A stretch of 62,912 bases of DNA, filler included, from Neolecta irregularis DAH-3 (Eukaryota), in the NCBI GenBank assembly GCA_001929475.1. It is 11 parts of 11 records of this genome, joined end to end, with 100 filler letters (N's around TTAATTAATTAA, not from the genome) between each part and the next. Parts side by side here need not be neighbours in the genome. Positions count along the whole stretch, not along the records: positions 12,943 to 37,293 come from LXFE01002858.1; positions 37,394 to 39,561 come from LXFE01000261.1; 9 more parts are not named here. One strand, given 5' to 3'. This document shows positions 23,992-37,725 of the stretch, piece by piece. Position 1 is the first letter of the stretch. Each line of letters starts with the position of its first letter. The notes below the pieces were generated by a model. It was given only the letters and a program-made list of their open reading frames with translations. It ran no database searches and was not told the DNA's origin. The translations under genes and the position numbers were made by a program.

Positions 23992-26900
23992 ATGCATTGG
24001 ACGTTTACAATCCTGCTACTAGTAGGAGCGTCCATTGCTACGGAAATACACAGAGCTGGGTACTGTGCATTTCGAGGCCAATGCGGGAAGACTTCTGCCT
24101 TTGGAGCACAGCTTCCCTGTCCAGATAATGGACCGGCGAGCAAAGTATACAATTATACCGGCAATATCATATTTACATCTAGATTGATCCGGAATCGCAG
24201 AAGAAGCTTATCAGTCTGTGCGGTCCAGAATGGGCAGATATTTTGGTTTGTTGCGACTCGGATCAGGTGTCGATATTGTTGGGGTATACCTTATCTGACA
24301 GGCCAGCTCAAACTCCTCTCCTCAAACTTGAAACAAGTAGAATCGCTTATATCGTCATGTCCCGCCTGTAAGTATAACTTTTCCCACTTCTTTTGCCAGT
24401 TTACCTGTTCTCCGAATCAATCCACCTTTGTTGATGTCACCGAAACGGGCCAGTCAACATCAAAGAAAGAGGTCGTTACCAAACTCGATTATTTTGTGTC
24501 AACCTCAACTAGAGATGGATTCTTTGACTCTTGTAAAGATGTCAAGTTCTCCGCTACGAATGGTTATGTAATGGATTTGATTGGCGGAGGAGCAGAGAAC
24601 TCGACCGCGTTTCTTAAATTTCTAGGAGACAAAAAACCATTCCTCGGATCTCCTTTTCAAATCAACTTTCCTTCGTCCTCAGCCGGAAGCGATAAAATTT
24701 TGCCAAGTGAACAAGACATGAAGTCCTGCAGCAATACCGAACCTTCGTATCGCTGTTCATGCGTAGACTGTCCACAATCCTGTCCAAGTCTTCCTGAACT
24801 TCAACCGTTGTCTGAATGTAAGGTTGGATCACTGCCATGCTGGTCGTTTGCAATGATTCTTCTCTACATTCTCGGACTCGTCCTTTTTCTTGCCGGTTAC
24901 ACAGTGACACTACGATCATCTCCTCCGAACCAGGATCGAGTACGTTTGCTTCGAGATGAATATCATACCGATGATTCGGAGGAAGAAGGCGATATTGATG
25001 GCGGAATCATTGAGAATCGTATTCAGACATATCGATTACATACGTATTTATCTCGACAATTTCACCTCCTAGGCCTCCATTGTGCTCATAACCCCGCTGT
25101 TACTATCGGATCTTCTCTACTTATTCTTGGTATTCTCAATCTTGGATGGTTTGGATTTTCAGTCGAAACAAATCCCGTGAAATTGTGGGTTTCGCCGACC
25201 TCTGAAGCCGCCAATGAGAAATCTTTTTTTGACGAAAACTTTGGTCCTTTTTTCCGCTCTCAACAGGCCTTTCTTACGAATTTAACCCATGGAGGACCTG
25301 TTCTCTCTTACAATAACCTCGCTTGGTGGTTTGATGTTGAATCAAATATATCTTCTATTACCGCCGGTAATATTTCGTTTGGAAATGTGTGCTACCAACC
25401 AACTGAATCTGCATGTGTTGTTCAATCGATTACAGGATACTGGGGTGGTGATAAGTCAATGCTGTCCCATGAAACTTGGAAATCAGACCTTCGACAGTGT
25501 ATCAATCAACCTGTTGGATGTTTGCCGCCTTACAGCCAGCCCCTCAAACGAGATATGGTACTCAGTAATGGTGATATCGATAGTGTAGAGGCTATTATCA
25601 CGACATGGGTTTTAAAAAATAGCAATGATGACCAACAAGTCGAGAAAGCGATGAAATGGGAGGAGAAGTTAAAATTGTTTTTGCTTGATACACAAAAACA
25701 GGCGGAAAATCGGGGTTTACGGTTATCTTTTTCAACAGAAGTATTCCTTTTCCTGCACATCATATACTCACTCAAGGTTTCTCTCGAACAAGAACTCAAC
25801 AAGTCAACGAACACTGATGCAAGAATTGTGGTGGTTTCATACATCGCAATGTTTCTTTACGCTTCACTGTCCCTAGGTGGAAATGTCTTTCACTCTCGCT
25901 TATTGGTCGATTCAAAATTTACGCTTGGAATGGTTGGGATTTTGATCGTCTTACTCAGCGTTAGCAGTAGCGTTGGTCTCTTCTCGTTTTTTGGGATAAA
26001 AGTCACCCTTATTATCGCCGAGGTGATTCCTTTCCTGATTCTTGCAATCGGGGTGGATAACATCTTTCTTCTTAGTCATGAACTAGAAAGAATCAATATT
26101 CGATTCGCTGACGAACTTGTGCCAGAACGAATTGCACGGACATTAGCCAAAGTTGGTCCCTCTATAATGTTAAGCGCGACTTGCCAATTCGTTGCGTTCT
26201 TTGTGGGTAGCTTTGTTGGTATGCCTGCAGTACGGAACTTTGCCATATATGCTGCTGGTGCAATCTTGATCAATGCGGTGTTGCAAATTACCATGTTCAT
26301 TGGAGTTTTGAGTTTAGACCTCAAGAGGGTCGAGGTGTGTTTCCTCTCGGCTAAATCTGACTTTAGGCGAACCGCCTGGATTGTTTTCCTTGTATTAGGG
26401 CATCATCAAGAAGTCGGCCGATTCAGGCGGAAGGCTTTCTGTCAAAAGTTATTAGGAGATATTATGCACCAAATCTGCTTAAGCCGACTGTAAAATTTGT
26501 TGTTATTGGTTTGTTTACTGCACTACTGGCGACGGCGTTGGGGCTGTTTCCTCGATTGCAGCTTGGACTTGGTAAGTGGTGTCTCAATGGGTATTGACCT
26601 TTTAGACCAGCGAATTGCTCTTCCTAACGATTCTTACCTCATTCCATACTTTGATGATCTTGCGTCATATTTCGAATCTGGTCCTCCTCTTTATTTTGTT
26701 ACGAAAGAGGCTAATATCACCCAACGATCGAACCAAAAAGCTCTATGTGGGAGGTTCTCGGCATGCAATGAATTCTCATTATCAAATATACTTGAGCAAG
26801 AACGCCAGAGGAGTACGGTGTCGTATATTGCTGAACCAGCAGCTTCTTGGATTGATGACTTCTTCCTCTGGTTAAATCCTGCCTTGGATCAATGCTGCCT

Positions 26901-27937
26901 TATTGATGACAGGGGGACATCCTGCGAAAAAAGTGGTGAAAGGTGTCATGTTTGCTTCGAAAACAAATTATGGAATATTACGATGTCTGGATTTCCAGAA
27001 GGTTTAGAGTTTATCAAATATTTCAACTTGTGGATCGACGCGCAAACGACTGAAGAATGCCCTCTGGCTGGGAAAGCAGCTTATTCCGACGCGATAGTCA
27101 TCGACAAAACGCATATTACTGTTGCGGCAAGCAGTTTTCGATCCAGCCATATCGCACTACGGACACAGGAAGATTTTATAAATGCATATGCTAACGCTCG
27201 ACGAGTCGCGAAGGAGGTCACTCACCATACAGGAATTGATACGTTTCCTTATTCTGTGTTTTATGTATTCTTCGATCAGTATCAGACGATCGTCAGGCTC
27301 ACTACTGTCCTTCTTTCCTCAGCCATTCTAGCAGTATGGCTCATTACATCGTTATTTCTCGGCTCTGTTCAAACTGGATTTATTGTTTCACTTACAATCA
27401 CAATGATCGTTCTTGATATAATCGGCGTGATGGTACTATGGGGCATCAGTCTCAACGCTGTCAGTGTTGTCAACCTTGTCATCTCTGTCGGTATTGGAGT
27501 TGAATTCTGTAGTCATATCGCCAAGGCTTTCATGGTTAACTCGCGAGGTGACAGTGGGCGATTTGGCAAGTTGGGAGGACATGATGAACGAGTTTGGGGC
27601 AGCTTGACTACCGTCGGTGCATCGGTATGCGATTTAACATTGAGTGATGCTAATTCATGAGGTATTTACAGGAATCACATTGACCAAGTTCATTGGGGTT
27701 ACAGTTCTTGCATTCACCCAAAGCAAGATCTTTGAGATCTATTATTTCAGAATATGGCTAGCTTTAGTTCTTCTTGCGGCAAGTCATGGGTTGATTTTCT
27801 TACCAGTAATGCTGAGTCTTTTTGGGGGAGAAGGGTATCGCGTCGACGATGATGATATTGGCGAAGAATGGCAAACAGATGCTGCTAGACGATATACCCA
27901 GGCATTACTGACCAGCGAGAATTCTGGGGATGATTAG
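23992..27937 (+). CDS. NCR1: Niemann-Pick C1-like vacuolar sterol transporter
   Basis: Signal peptide, NPC1 N-domain ([30 protein letters not shown]), sterol-sensing domain ([16 protein letters not shown]), [12 protein letters not shown]-terminal TMs. Confidence 0.96.
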
Positions 27938-28196
27938 ATCCTTTTTATGATTCAAACATATAATGATCGTTGGAATTCGTCATTGTTATATGCAAGACTG
28001 ATATCCGTGATCCTGTGAGCATTTGATTTTTATATTATCCCTTGATAGATTTAATATTTGAATGTAATCAGAGAATACTCCTGCAAAAAAAAAAGCACCG
28101 AAAACGAAAATGCATTTTGCACAAATCGCGTTCGCGTCGTGTAATCAACGTGACCAAGTTTAGCACCTCACCAAACCGATACTTGCCAATCTACCG

Positions 28197-31100
28197 ATGT
28201 CTAGCCTTCATGGCTTGAAAACTCCCGGAAAAGGCCATGCATCTACAGAAGTATCGATTGACCCAGATGACATGTCTTTCGGGTCGAAGCTTGAGAAGTT
28301 TAATCCACAAGACCTCAATGCAGTCGAAAAATCTGCTCGACAGAAGCAACTCTCAATTCCAACCTCTACTCCCGCGCCCAGACCGTTCAAAGACCGAACG
28401 AATCATCACCTACCTATTGTCAATCAGGAATTCACGCCGCTGCTTAAGAGCAGCAAAAAAGCCGCATCCGCGTTCGTTAAGCGATTTTCGGGATTTGGTA
28501 GAAATATACAATTACAATCCCCATCACTTGCCAATATTGACGACGTGGTCAGCCTTGACCAAACGAACCTTGGAGATGTCAGTCGTCTAAGTGATGATCC
28601 TACGACCGATATTAGTATTCACAATCCCGAATCGATAAGTGCTGTGTCGAATAGAACGCAAAAAAGCGCTGTGATCCATAGAGTTCTTCTTGGCAAGGCT
28701 GGGAATGCCGCCGCAATGACTCTTAAGGAGCAGGAGAGGGTGCTAACCGTCTCAGCTGATGATGAGCTAATGCCAGGTTTTGGATGACATTAAGAAGGAA
28801 AATTTTGCCCTGAAATTGCAGATCCATTTCCTCAATGAACGTATGGCCAAGATGAGTCCTGAGGGCATAGATTCCGCTCTCAGAGAGGTGTTTCGTTGTT
28901 TTTTTATGTTTGTAATGACAAATTATAGAATGTCGATATCAAGGTTGAATCTACGACTCTTAAAACAGAGCTCAAGAAATACAAAAAAATTCTCTACGAC
29001 TCGGAGATGAGGATACAGCAGCTGGAGAATGAGATGCTCAAATCAAGTGGGACTAGATGCCTTCTTACTCATGGAATGACTTCAGAAGAGCGACGAATGA
29101 TGGAAAATGCGATTGCAGATAAAGATCAATATAAGCAAGAACTCCAACTTATCCAGGAGAGATGGAACGAAAGAGAAAATCAGAGTGTCCTTGATGAGAA
29201 AGATGATGATAATGTATGGTTAACTTAATTGACATATCTCACAGGCAAGGAACTCGTTAATGAAAACGCTGAACTCAAAGCGGAGATCGAGAAACTCTTA
29301 TCGGATAAGAAAGAATTGGAGTATGAATTGGACCGCAAAGTGGGCGGCGCTCTTGTTGAGAATGGTGACCGCGATGTAAGACTTATTTCGCATGACAAAT
29401 TTGACAGGCAAGGAACTCCTCAACGACAACGCTGACCTCAAATCTGAGATTGAGAAGCTATCAAAAGATAAGAGAGAGCTAGAGCGTGAATTGGAGCGCA
29501 AGGCAAGTGCCCTCAATGAGAAAGAGTATGAAATTGTGAGGCATGTCCCTGTATTCAACTGACTGGCCAGGAAGGTCTACAAGGAAACACAGATCTCAAA
29601 GCGGAAATTGATCAGTTCTTGGCAGATAAGCGAAATTTGGAACAGGAGTTGGAACGCAAGGCGGAATCTCTGAAGGAAAAAGAGGATGAAATTGTGAGGC
29701 TAGTTTCCTGAAATTTCTGACCGGCAAGGATCGTCTCAGCAAAGATTCTGATCTCAAAGCAGAGATTGAGCGGCTCTCTGCCAATAATCGAAACTTAAAA
29801 CATGAGTTGGAATGCAAGGTAGGCGCTCTCAGGGAAAAAGAGGATGAAATTGTGAGACTCGTTTCCTGTTATACTTCTTACGGTTAAGAATCGCCTCAGC
29901 AAAGATCCCGAGGTCAAAGCGGAAATTGAGCAGCTCTTGGCAGATAACCGAAGCCTGGAAGATGAGTTGGAACGCAAGGCAGGAGCTCTTGAGGAAAAAG
30001 AGGACGAAATTGTGAGGCTTGATTCTCTTTATATTTCTGATGGACTAGGAACTCCTCAATGAGCAACTCAATGCTGCTGGGAGAAGTTATGGAGAACCCA
30101 CAGACCAAGTAGAGATCGATTTAAGACTTCACAATGAGCATCTTAGCAGCGAAGTAAACCAATTGAGACAAAAGATTGCAGCACTCGCGCACTCTAAGAG
30201 CCAAGTTGATGGCACTGTTAATTATCAGAAGAAAGATCACGCAAATCTTGCTGATAAAGTCTCGGATTTGAAAGTCGAAATCAAAGAGATTACTGCTGAT
30301 CGAGATGCGCTAGTGCAGGATGTTAAGCAGTTAAAGACGAAGCTTCTATGGGAATCAGACTGTGGAAAGCAGTCCGTTACAGAGATAAAAGCCCTCAAGA
30401 CGCAGCTTGATATAGTGATTCGAGAACGGGATACTTTGACGGAAAAAATCTTGTTGAACAATCGAACCCTGAAAAGTCTACAAGAGGAACTTGTGGTTAC
30501 AAAACGGGAACAAGAAGCTGCCGGTCGGGTTATGCAGCTCGAATCCAAAGAGGTCAATACCAGTTCGCCTGATGAAGGAAAACTTGATCTCAAACGTAAC
30601 CTGCATCAATTGGAATCTTCTTTGAAGAGCAAGGAATTTCAGATTGAAGATCTCCGCCAACAACTTCTGACTCATGAACAAGACTTTCATTTTGAGCGAC
30701 AGACTTTGACTAACGAGTGGAATGCAAAATACAAACGACTCGAACACGAGAAGTCGCATTTAAGAGAGCAATTACTTCGCAGTCGACAGCGAGAGGCAGA
30801 ACTCTCGAAATCGAATATCGCCTGTGAGGACAAAGCTTCTGAACTTCAAGGGAAGATTTACCTACTCGAGAGCCAACTTCAAGATTCAGAGGCAGCTGAA
30901 CAAATGAAAAGGAACGACTTTACGAGCCAGATCGACCATTTCTCTTCAGAGAAAGAAGGCCTGCGCTCGAAAATCAGTAACTTGACAAACCAGATGAAGT
31001 CTTTGCGCGATAAATCGTTACATGAACAACGTGCTCTTCAGCGAGAAATCCAGAGAGGGCAACATCAGCAATCTATTCTCAATACTCGTATCGAAACTAT

Positions 31101-31715
31101 CAATGTCGAGCTTCTACGGACTCAATCAGAACGAGCAAGAATCTCAGAAAAGCATCATTCAGTTTTATCCAAGTTTATCGGTATTTTTGGAGAGGATACG
31201 TCTCTATATTTGAATGTTGGTGACGATATCGATGTCTTGCAAATCGAACGTTTTGCCAAGCAAATTTCAACAAAGCATCAATCTGAACTTCGAGGTCTTG
31301 TAAAACAAATAAAGTACCTTCGTGCGCGCTTTTCTCGAGAGGAGGCTTTCCGGCATGATTTGGCTTTCTCCAAAAAGTTCTTTCTTTTGCAAGTTGCCAG
31401 TTTCGAAGCATGGTGTGTTTTCCTTTGCAGGTTCCAAACTGAAATATAGTAATCATGCGAATCTGGCAATCATTGAGCAAATGGGCATATTTCCAGAACG
31501 TGCACTTCGCGATAGAAGACCCTCTCTGAGAGGGGTGGTTAAGGCTGTTATCTTTGTCATAAGGACCAGGCATAAACCCTTCTAGTCGTTTAATAACATC
31601 TAGACGGCTTCGCAACGAGTGGGTTGTTAATGTGCAATTAAAACAGGTGATAGCGCAAAAACTCGCGGAATCACGGAGTGGTAGGATGTATCGACCAATG
31701 GAGGGTTTTGATTGA
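28197..31715 (+). CDS. pcp1: Spindle-pole-body coiled-coil protein Pcp1/pericentrin-like (CM1 + PACT)
   Basis: CM1 motif MTLKEQER|VLDDIKKENFALKLQIHFLNERM; long coiled coil; PACT-like ELRGLVKQIKYLRARFSREEAFRHDLAFSKKFFLLQV...CNHANLAIIEQMGI. Confidence 0.85.
29250..30048 (+). repeat. Five tandem ~158-163-bp exon+intron units within pcp1
   Basis: Exons 29250-29375, 29413-29535, 29571-29693, 29729-29851, 29889-30011, each followed by a 35-37 nt intron. Confidence 0.9.
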
Positions 31716-32526
31716 TATACCTGTTAGACGACCGGCGCAACGTCTTTTCTGTGACTTTTTTGTGTTATTCTGTATTCCGGTATCTTTAATCTGTAAAGTC
31801 TAAGGTAATGTGGATGTTGTCTTGATCTGTAAAGTAAATCACGCAAGGGATGTATTCAATCCATGCCCGGAAGTCCAGATTGAAAATACAATACTGCTAC
31901 TGCTCGCCATCCACGCAGTGTGTCCAACCGCCGCCCACCCGCCTAAGAGTTGTGAACAGACTGCCCGCTGGGGCATTCTCTGGCCGGCGGTTCGGGCGGG
32001 TTGGATAGATAAGATTGAAAGGTCAAGTGTGTTGCATCAAGGTTTGCCTAAAATGACACAAGTATAAAACTGTAAACCCACTATACACTGAAACCTGGCT
32101 ATAGGGAACCTCAGAACAATGAATTCTTCCTTATAACCCAACTGGCTTCCAAAATTAATTCACAGATATACCACCAATGACTGGTTGAAACGAAACAATC
32201 ACTATCAGAATCAGAATTTAAAGGGGTAGCTAATAATTTGCCAACCAGCTGAATACAATCCTTTGAGAATTTCTCAAGAGACTTTTAATATCAGGCAGAA
32301 AGTGAAAGTCTTGAGATGAATATGGTATAACATGAACAGAAGCGCTCAGACAAGAGTTGGTAGATTTTACGCTCGGCAACGTCGTTCATTGAGCAATGAG
32401 ATCTACAGCAAAACAAGCGACAAACTACCTACATCGCGAAGAAAGATAGGAAGAAAAGATTGACATAGAAAGAGATGATCTTTAGAAGCGAAAAAACGGT
32501 TAATCTGTCGCGGGACCGCATATTTA

Positions 32527-34461
32527 TTAAGCGGTCAATGGTTCGGCAGGAAGATCTGTCTTCTCCTTATCCTGAAATTCCTTGAGAACAAGCAACGCTT
32601 CGTCAACTTTTCCTTTCAGAGCAATTTCGTCATCGACCCTAATCGAGTTAACGAGATGTGGCCGTGAAAACTTACAAGTGAATGAGTTCATTGTTATCCA
32701 TTTCCAACAACATACCAGTAATTTTACCTGCCAGCTGACTCTCCATCCTAGTAACATCAGCATATCCTAAAAGGGCTAGCTAGCATACATCTGAATCTTT
32801 GGGAAAAGTGCCTCTCCCAGAATCTGTTTCTGATTCTCAGGAGCAACACCGGCCAAAAGCGACGCGTTGAACATATCTGGTCGTCGCCCCATCATTCCAC
32901 GTTGAGGACCACCCATCATCGGCATCGGCATGCCGGGTCGAGGACCAACCATTTGAGGTCGCATTTGAGGTCGATAGGCACCAGGCCCTGGATATGCGTT
33001 CGGCATGTACATTCCCGGCATCATAGGCATAGGCATACCTCGCGCACCACCTCGAGGCATGAGTGGCATGCGACCTCCCATAGGAGGAGGGAAATACATC
33101 GGCATCGGCATTCTTTGTGAAGCGGCCACTCGTTGAGCTTCAAGTTGCGATTTTCGAGCATCTTTACGTTGAGCGACAGCAACATAAAGCGGTTTTCCGT
33201 TCACCATTCTTTGATTCATTTCAGAGACGGCCTTTGTAGCTTCTTCAGGATTGGAAAAACAAACAAACCCAAACCCTCGCGATTTTCCGGTTGAATCATC
33301 CATCATAACCTTTGCGCTGGTGATTTGACCAAAGACAGCAAACTCATCTCGAAGTTGGGCATCGTTGACATCGTCGTGGAGATTCTTGACAAAAAGATTG
33401 ACTCCTTGATATTTAGTGAGCTTTTCTTGTTTAATAGACTCGTAATGTCGTCGAAGCTCCTCATCACGTTCTGTCTTCTTCTGGGCTCGACCAACGTAGA
33501 GTTGTTGACCTTTGAAGTCGATTTCATTGAGTTCGTGAACGGCAGCATCGGCAGATTCATGGGCCGTAAAGTTTACAAAACCAAAGCCTTTGTTTTTCCC
33601 TTCTTCGTCCTTGGTCAAAGAGGCGCTGGTAATCTCACCAAACTTTTCAAACAACTTTGTGAATTCATCATCTGTAGTATCGAGCGGGACGTTCTTTACG
33701 TAAATGTTTGTGAAGTTTGCTTTCAGTGCTTCGAACTTTGACAACCTATCCTTCTTAGGGATATGGAGGCCAACGAAGACCTTCTTTTCGTTCAGAAGCA
33801 TGCCGTTGACATGCTTAATAGCATTATCAGCATCGGCAGATTTCTCGAAATGAACGAAGCCGTAACCACGACTATTCCCCATTTCGTCAGTAGCAACCTT
33901 GCAGGATAGAACAGGACCAAAGGCATTAAAGGTATCATGAAGGGCCTTGTTGTCGATGGCGGCATCAAGATTTTTGATAAATACGTTACCAGTTCCAGTC
34001 TTTCTAAGCGAGGGATCACGCTGACTCCACATGATACGACAGGCCTTGCCGCGGATGAGCGTGTAGTTGAGCTCGTCCAGCGCACGATGACCTGTAAAGG
34101 TTGGTGAGTATTCATAAAAGGGCAACGCACCATCCGCAGCGCTGTGGAAGTTGACGTAGGCGTAACCAAGGGAGCGACGCGTTACAGCATCCCTGCAGAC
34201 GCGAATGCTCGATACCGGCCCAATCGAACTAAACAGCTCAAAAAGCATCGCCTCGCTAACATTTTCCTCAAGCTCGCCTACATACAGGCTGCCGTTAGTT
34301 GTCGTGCTGTTATTACTGGGCGTAGGGCTGTGGGCTTGTGGTGGCGATTGGGAGGCAGGTAGCGCTGTAGCAGCAGTTGAATCATTGGCGTCTGATGCAA
34401 CGGCTTTGTCCTGGACAGGAGAGGCACTGGCAGATTTCTGCTGGTTATCTTCGTTAGACAT
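32527..34461 (-). CDS. PAB1: Poly(A)-binding protein (4 RRMs + MLLE/PABC)
   Basis: SLYVGEL...[21 protein letters not shown], four RRMs, M/P/G-rich linker, [13 protein letters not shown]...[12 protein letters not shown]. Confidence 0.98.
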
Positions 34462-35468
34462 GGCTTAATTTCTCTTGTTAGAAAAAAGTTATCGCGTGCC
34501 GCTTTTCTGGATTTTTCCTTTTTTTTGTGGATTTTCTGAGGGTTTACAAGAGATTGCCGAACGTAAAAAAACGACGGGAAGAAGAACAGAAACGGCGAGG
34601 GTGGTGGTTTGAGAATGACCTGGCGGTTCGGTTTCCCACCTTAATGCTTTTTTTATTAGCGCGCCAAGGAGTCACCGACATAATTAGTACTCTTTCCCCA
34701 TGACCCCTAACAATATACATTCGGCATATTAGGAATGGAATATCTGGTGTCATGAGTCTTCCTTTATGTATCATGATCGTTCTATTTTTGTTATCCGATT
34801 TCCATAAAGAACGGTCAATGGCTCAGGGTTGGGTCAAGTTGGCCAATGGCCCGACCCATGGTTACACTTCAACGAACATCAGATGAAAGTTACATAATAT
34901 CAAATCTAGGGTAAGTATCTACAGGGTACCCCTAGTATCCGAGAGGAATCTTTGTTGCACATCCAGCTTTAGTCACAAAGAGACACATGAAACTGAGGAG
35001 ATTAAGCTTAAGATAGACATGATTCCTTGTGGTAGATTGTTTGATGATCCGAGTCCAAATAGCTTGGACTAAAAGTAGTTGGAAACGAGGGCACCTGCTC
35101 GACGCATTATCTTAGTGATCTTTGAAGTTGTAAATCGATGGTTTATATGTCGATCCCCAATGCTGAGGCGTTTAAGGCATTATATTAATATGTGCTGGAC
35201 CCGTTCTATATAGTGTCAGGAGAAAGACCCTGTCACACCATTTCTGTGAAGCGATCTTTAGCGTATGCCGCAGCTTAGGATAGGGTCGCTTCAATAATAT
35301 TATCTATTTAACAGAATTATCATTATGGCCATCAAATTTTATTTGCAATCATAACCAACGCCAGAAAAACAATGGTAAAGATAAGCCTAATCCAGTAACA
35401 GAAAGAGATTCCTTGCAATTCCATTGAACAAAGTGAGAAACAGAAGATAACGCCGAAGAAATGAAGGA

Positions 35469-36365
35469 TTAAATGAAACCTTTTTCAATGACTTCTCGCT
35501 CCACGACCTCCCCGTCTCTAATTCGTTCTCTGACAAATCGTCCGCCAGCGATGGCCGAATATGTCACTATTTCTCCGTCGATATGAGGATTGATCAGGAT
35601 ATTTGAAGTTTGGTAGAACGTAGATCCGCCGGGTGTAACCGGGTCATCGTCATCGGAAGTGGAGCCGGCATTGATAGCAGAAATCATGGAGGAGGTCTCA
35701 GAGGAATCGTCGATGAATTCGGGGAAAGGGGTGGACAGAGGACATGTGAAGACGGAATAATCGGTAGATATACGGCGGTGTCCGTGAGATGGAGTTGGAG
35801 CGCCGGGCCGTTCAGACGAACTGGGTGGACGTGAGAAATCGCTCGAGTCGCTCTCGAGTTCAGACTCCCAGGACATGTTTGCGTAGTCGATGTATGAATC
35901 CTCGAGTATTTCCAGACTTGCGGTGTCTGAAAAGATATCATAGTAGTCACAAAGATGGGTAGTCTCGAATCTGGGGAATTTATCCATGTCCTTTGGCGAA
36001 CTCGACAGCATAGACTGACTTGCGAGACTTTCCTCGAAGCTGAACCGACGAAGGGGTTTAGCCTGCTCCTCGGCGATATTCAATTCGTCACGAATGTCGT
36101 CCCACCGCTTTGAACAAGCCTTTTGAACAGATTCTGGGGTTGCTACCTCGACTCCCTCATCAATTTCGAGTTGAAAGCTAGATGGCCTCTTGGAAAGCGG
36201 AAACTGAATAGCCTTTGCAGCCCAAGACTTGCTTCGCATCCAGGTGGGTGCATGAGGATCGTCTCCCCAGACGACGGTGCGAGTTGCCCTGATACCGGCG
36301 TCAGGGTCTACTCTGCATGTGGGTTCTGATTTCCTCCTGTTGAGCAGCGTCGATAGAAAACGCAT
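35469..36365 (-). CDS. Hypothetical intronless Ser/Asp-rich protein (298 aa)
   Basis: Long uninterrupted ORF with ATG; no family recognised. Confidence 0.6.
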   Translation of the reverse strand: MRFLSTLLNRRKSEPTCRVDPDAGIRATRTVVWGDDPHAPTWMRSKSWAAKAIQFPLSKRPSSFQLEIDEGVEVATPESVQKACSKRWDDIRDELNIAEEQAKPLRRFSFEESLASQSMLSSSPKDMDKFPRFETTHLCDYYDIFSDTASLEILEDSYIDYANMSWESELESDSSDFSRPPSSSERPGAPTPSHGHRRISTDYSVFTCPLSTPFPEFIDDSSETSSMISAINAGSTSDDDDPVTPGGSTFYQTSNILINPHIDGEIVTYSAIAGGRFVRERIRDGEVVEREVIEKGFI

Positions 36366-37078
36366 AGAGCCAGGAGTATGTGAGGAAAACTGGGGTTTTG
36401 CAGGAAGTGATGGGTTGTTGTTTACAGGGATAATGAAACAGCGCCACCTAGGGGTCTATTGGGATCGCCGTCTTGCTATTTAAGAAGCAAGCTCGCAGAT
36501 GTGCTAAACAAACATCTACTTTGCTGCGTTTCTCTATTGATCAGCTCGAAACAGCGCTCCCTCAATATGGCGACATTAGTCTGTGCGCCTGAACAGGAGT
36601 GGATAATTTTAGAGTCATGCTAAAGATAGCCTTCCATTAGGCTTTCCGCGATAACTGTCATGGAAGGGTAACCCCACACGTTTTCTAAGCCGATTACCGC
36701 GGCTTGTCCGTCATCCTGGACAAGAGCGTGGCAAGTGTTTTGAAAATAACTGCCGTATTCCTCATTCCCAAGCCTTTTATGAATTCGAAATGAATTAAAT
36801 ACAAGGTGGAAATTTTGTTTATTCCAAGGCGAGATGAAATGAATACTGCAGGGTACCTGAATTTGTATTCGATATATCATTTGTCATTGTTTATATATTG
36901 ATGTTGGATGTTGGATGTTGCATGCTGTTTGGTTCATATTCTTCATCTCCGTGTTTTCATATTAGGGGCTGAGAGAATAAATTATAATTCTGTCATTCTC
37001 GCGCATATCCCTGCAGTAGTACAAATACATATTTGCAGTCTGGGAGATTAGATTTGGTTCTCCTGGTAGAATATCTCT

Positions 37079-37293
37079 ATGAGCAGCAGCACTACTATAC
37101 TGCCCGGGTCTGAAGGCGAGGTTATTTCCGAGGGAAGCGAGACGGGAGCGGGCCACGCCCAACCAACCACCGCGCCCGGCATGTCGCAGCCCAAGCCCGC
37201 ACCACTGCGGCCGCGCGCGGAACTGCTGCACCTGGCGCTGGCGGAGTTTGCAGACACGCTGGAGGCGCTGCCGGCGGACGCTGTGCGGGCGCT
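37079..37293 (+). CDS. ING-family (Pho23/Yng2/Png-like) N-terminal part, truncated by linker
   Basis: LLHLALAEFADTLEALPADAVRA matches the ING N-terminal helix consensus. Confidence 0.55.
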
Positions 37294-37449
37294 NNNNNNN
37301 NNNNNNNNNNNNNNNNNNNNNNNNNNNNNNNNNNNNNTTAATTAATTAANNNNNNNNNNNNNNNNNNNNNNNNNNNNNNNNNNNNNNNNNNNNACTCCGT
37401 CACTCCGTCACTCCTTCATCCTCCTCGACTCCCCTCCTTCACTCGTCGC

Positions 37450-37725
37450 TTGGAGTATATGCGGCACGTAGAGCATATACTCGTCGCAGAGTTCGACATC
37501 GACGAGGGCCCCGTCGTCGCCCACCAGTACCCAGAACCCCTCCTCAGCGATGGCAAGCTCCTCGCCGAACTCATGCTGCCAGACCAAGCCCACATGCGCT
37601 CAGAGGACTGGACTGTCTTCTTCCTCCACGGCGACCCCGCCTCAAAAACAGTAGACCCTTCCTGTTCAACCACCGGTGAACCCGTCCTCTACGTCCTCAA
37701 CCTCGTCAATACAAAGCATGATAAG
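37450..37725 (+). pseudogene. 5' fragment of Afi1/MesA (docking/uDENN domain); similarity ends after TKHDK
   Basis: [23 protein letters not shown]...[23 protein letters not shown]...[13 protein letters not shown], then unrelated sequence and a stop at 37824 without a gap. Confidence 0.75.

Noticed and set aside
29250..30048. CRISPR-like periodic repeats
   Set aside because: Eukaryotic coding exon/intron duplications; units diverge like coding sequence and there are no cas genes
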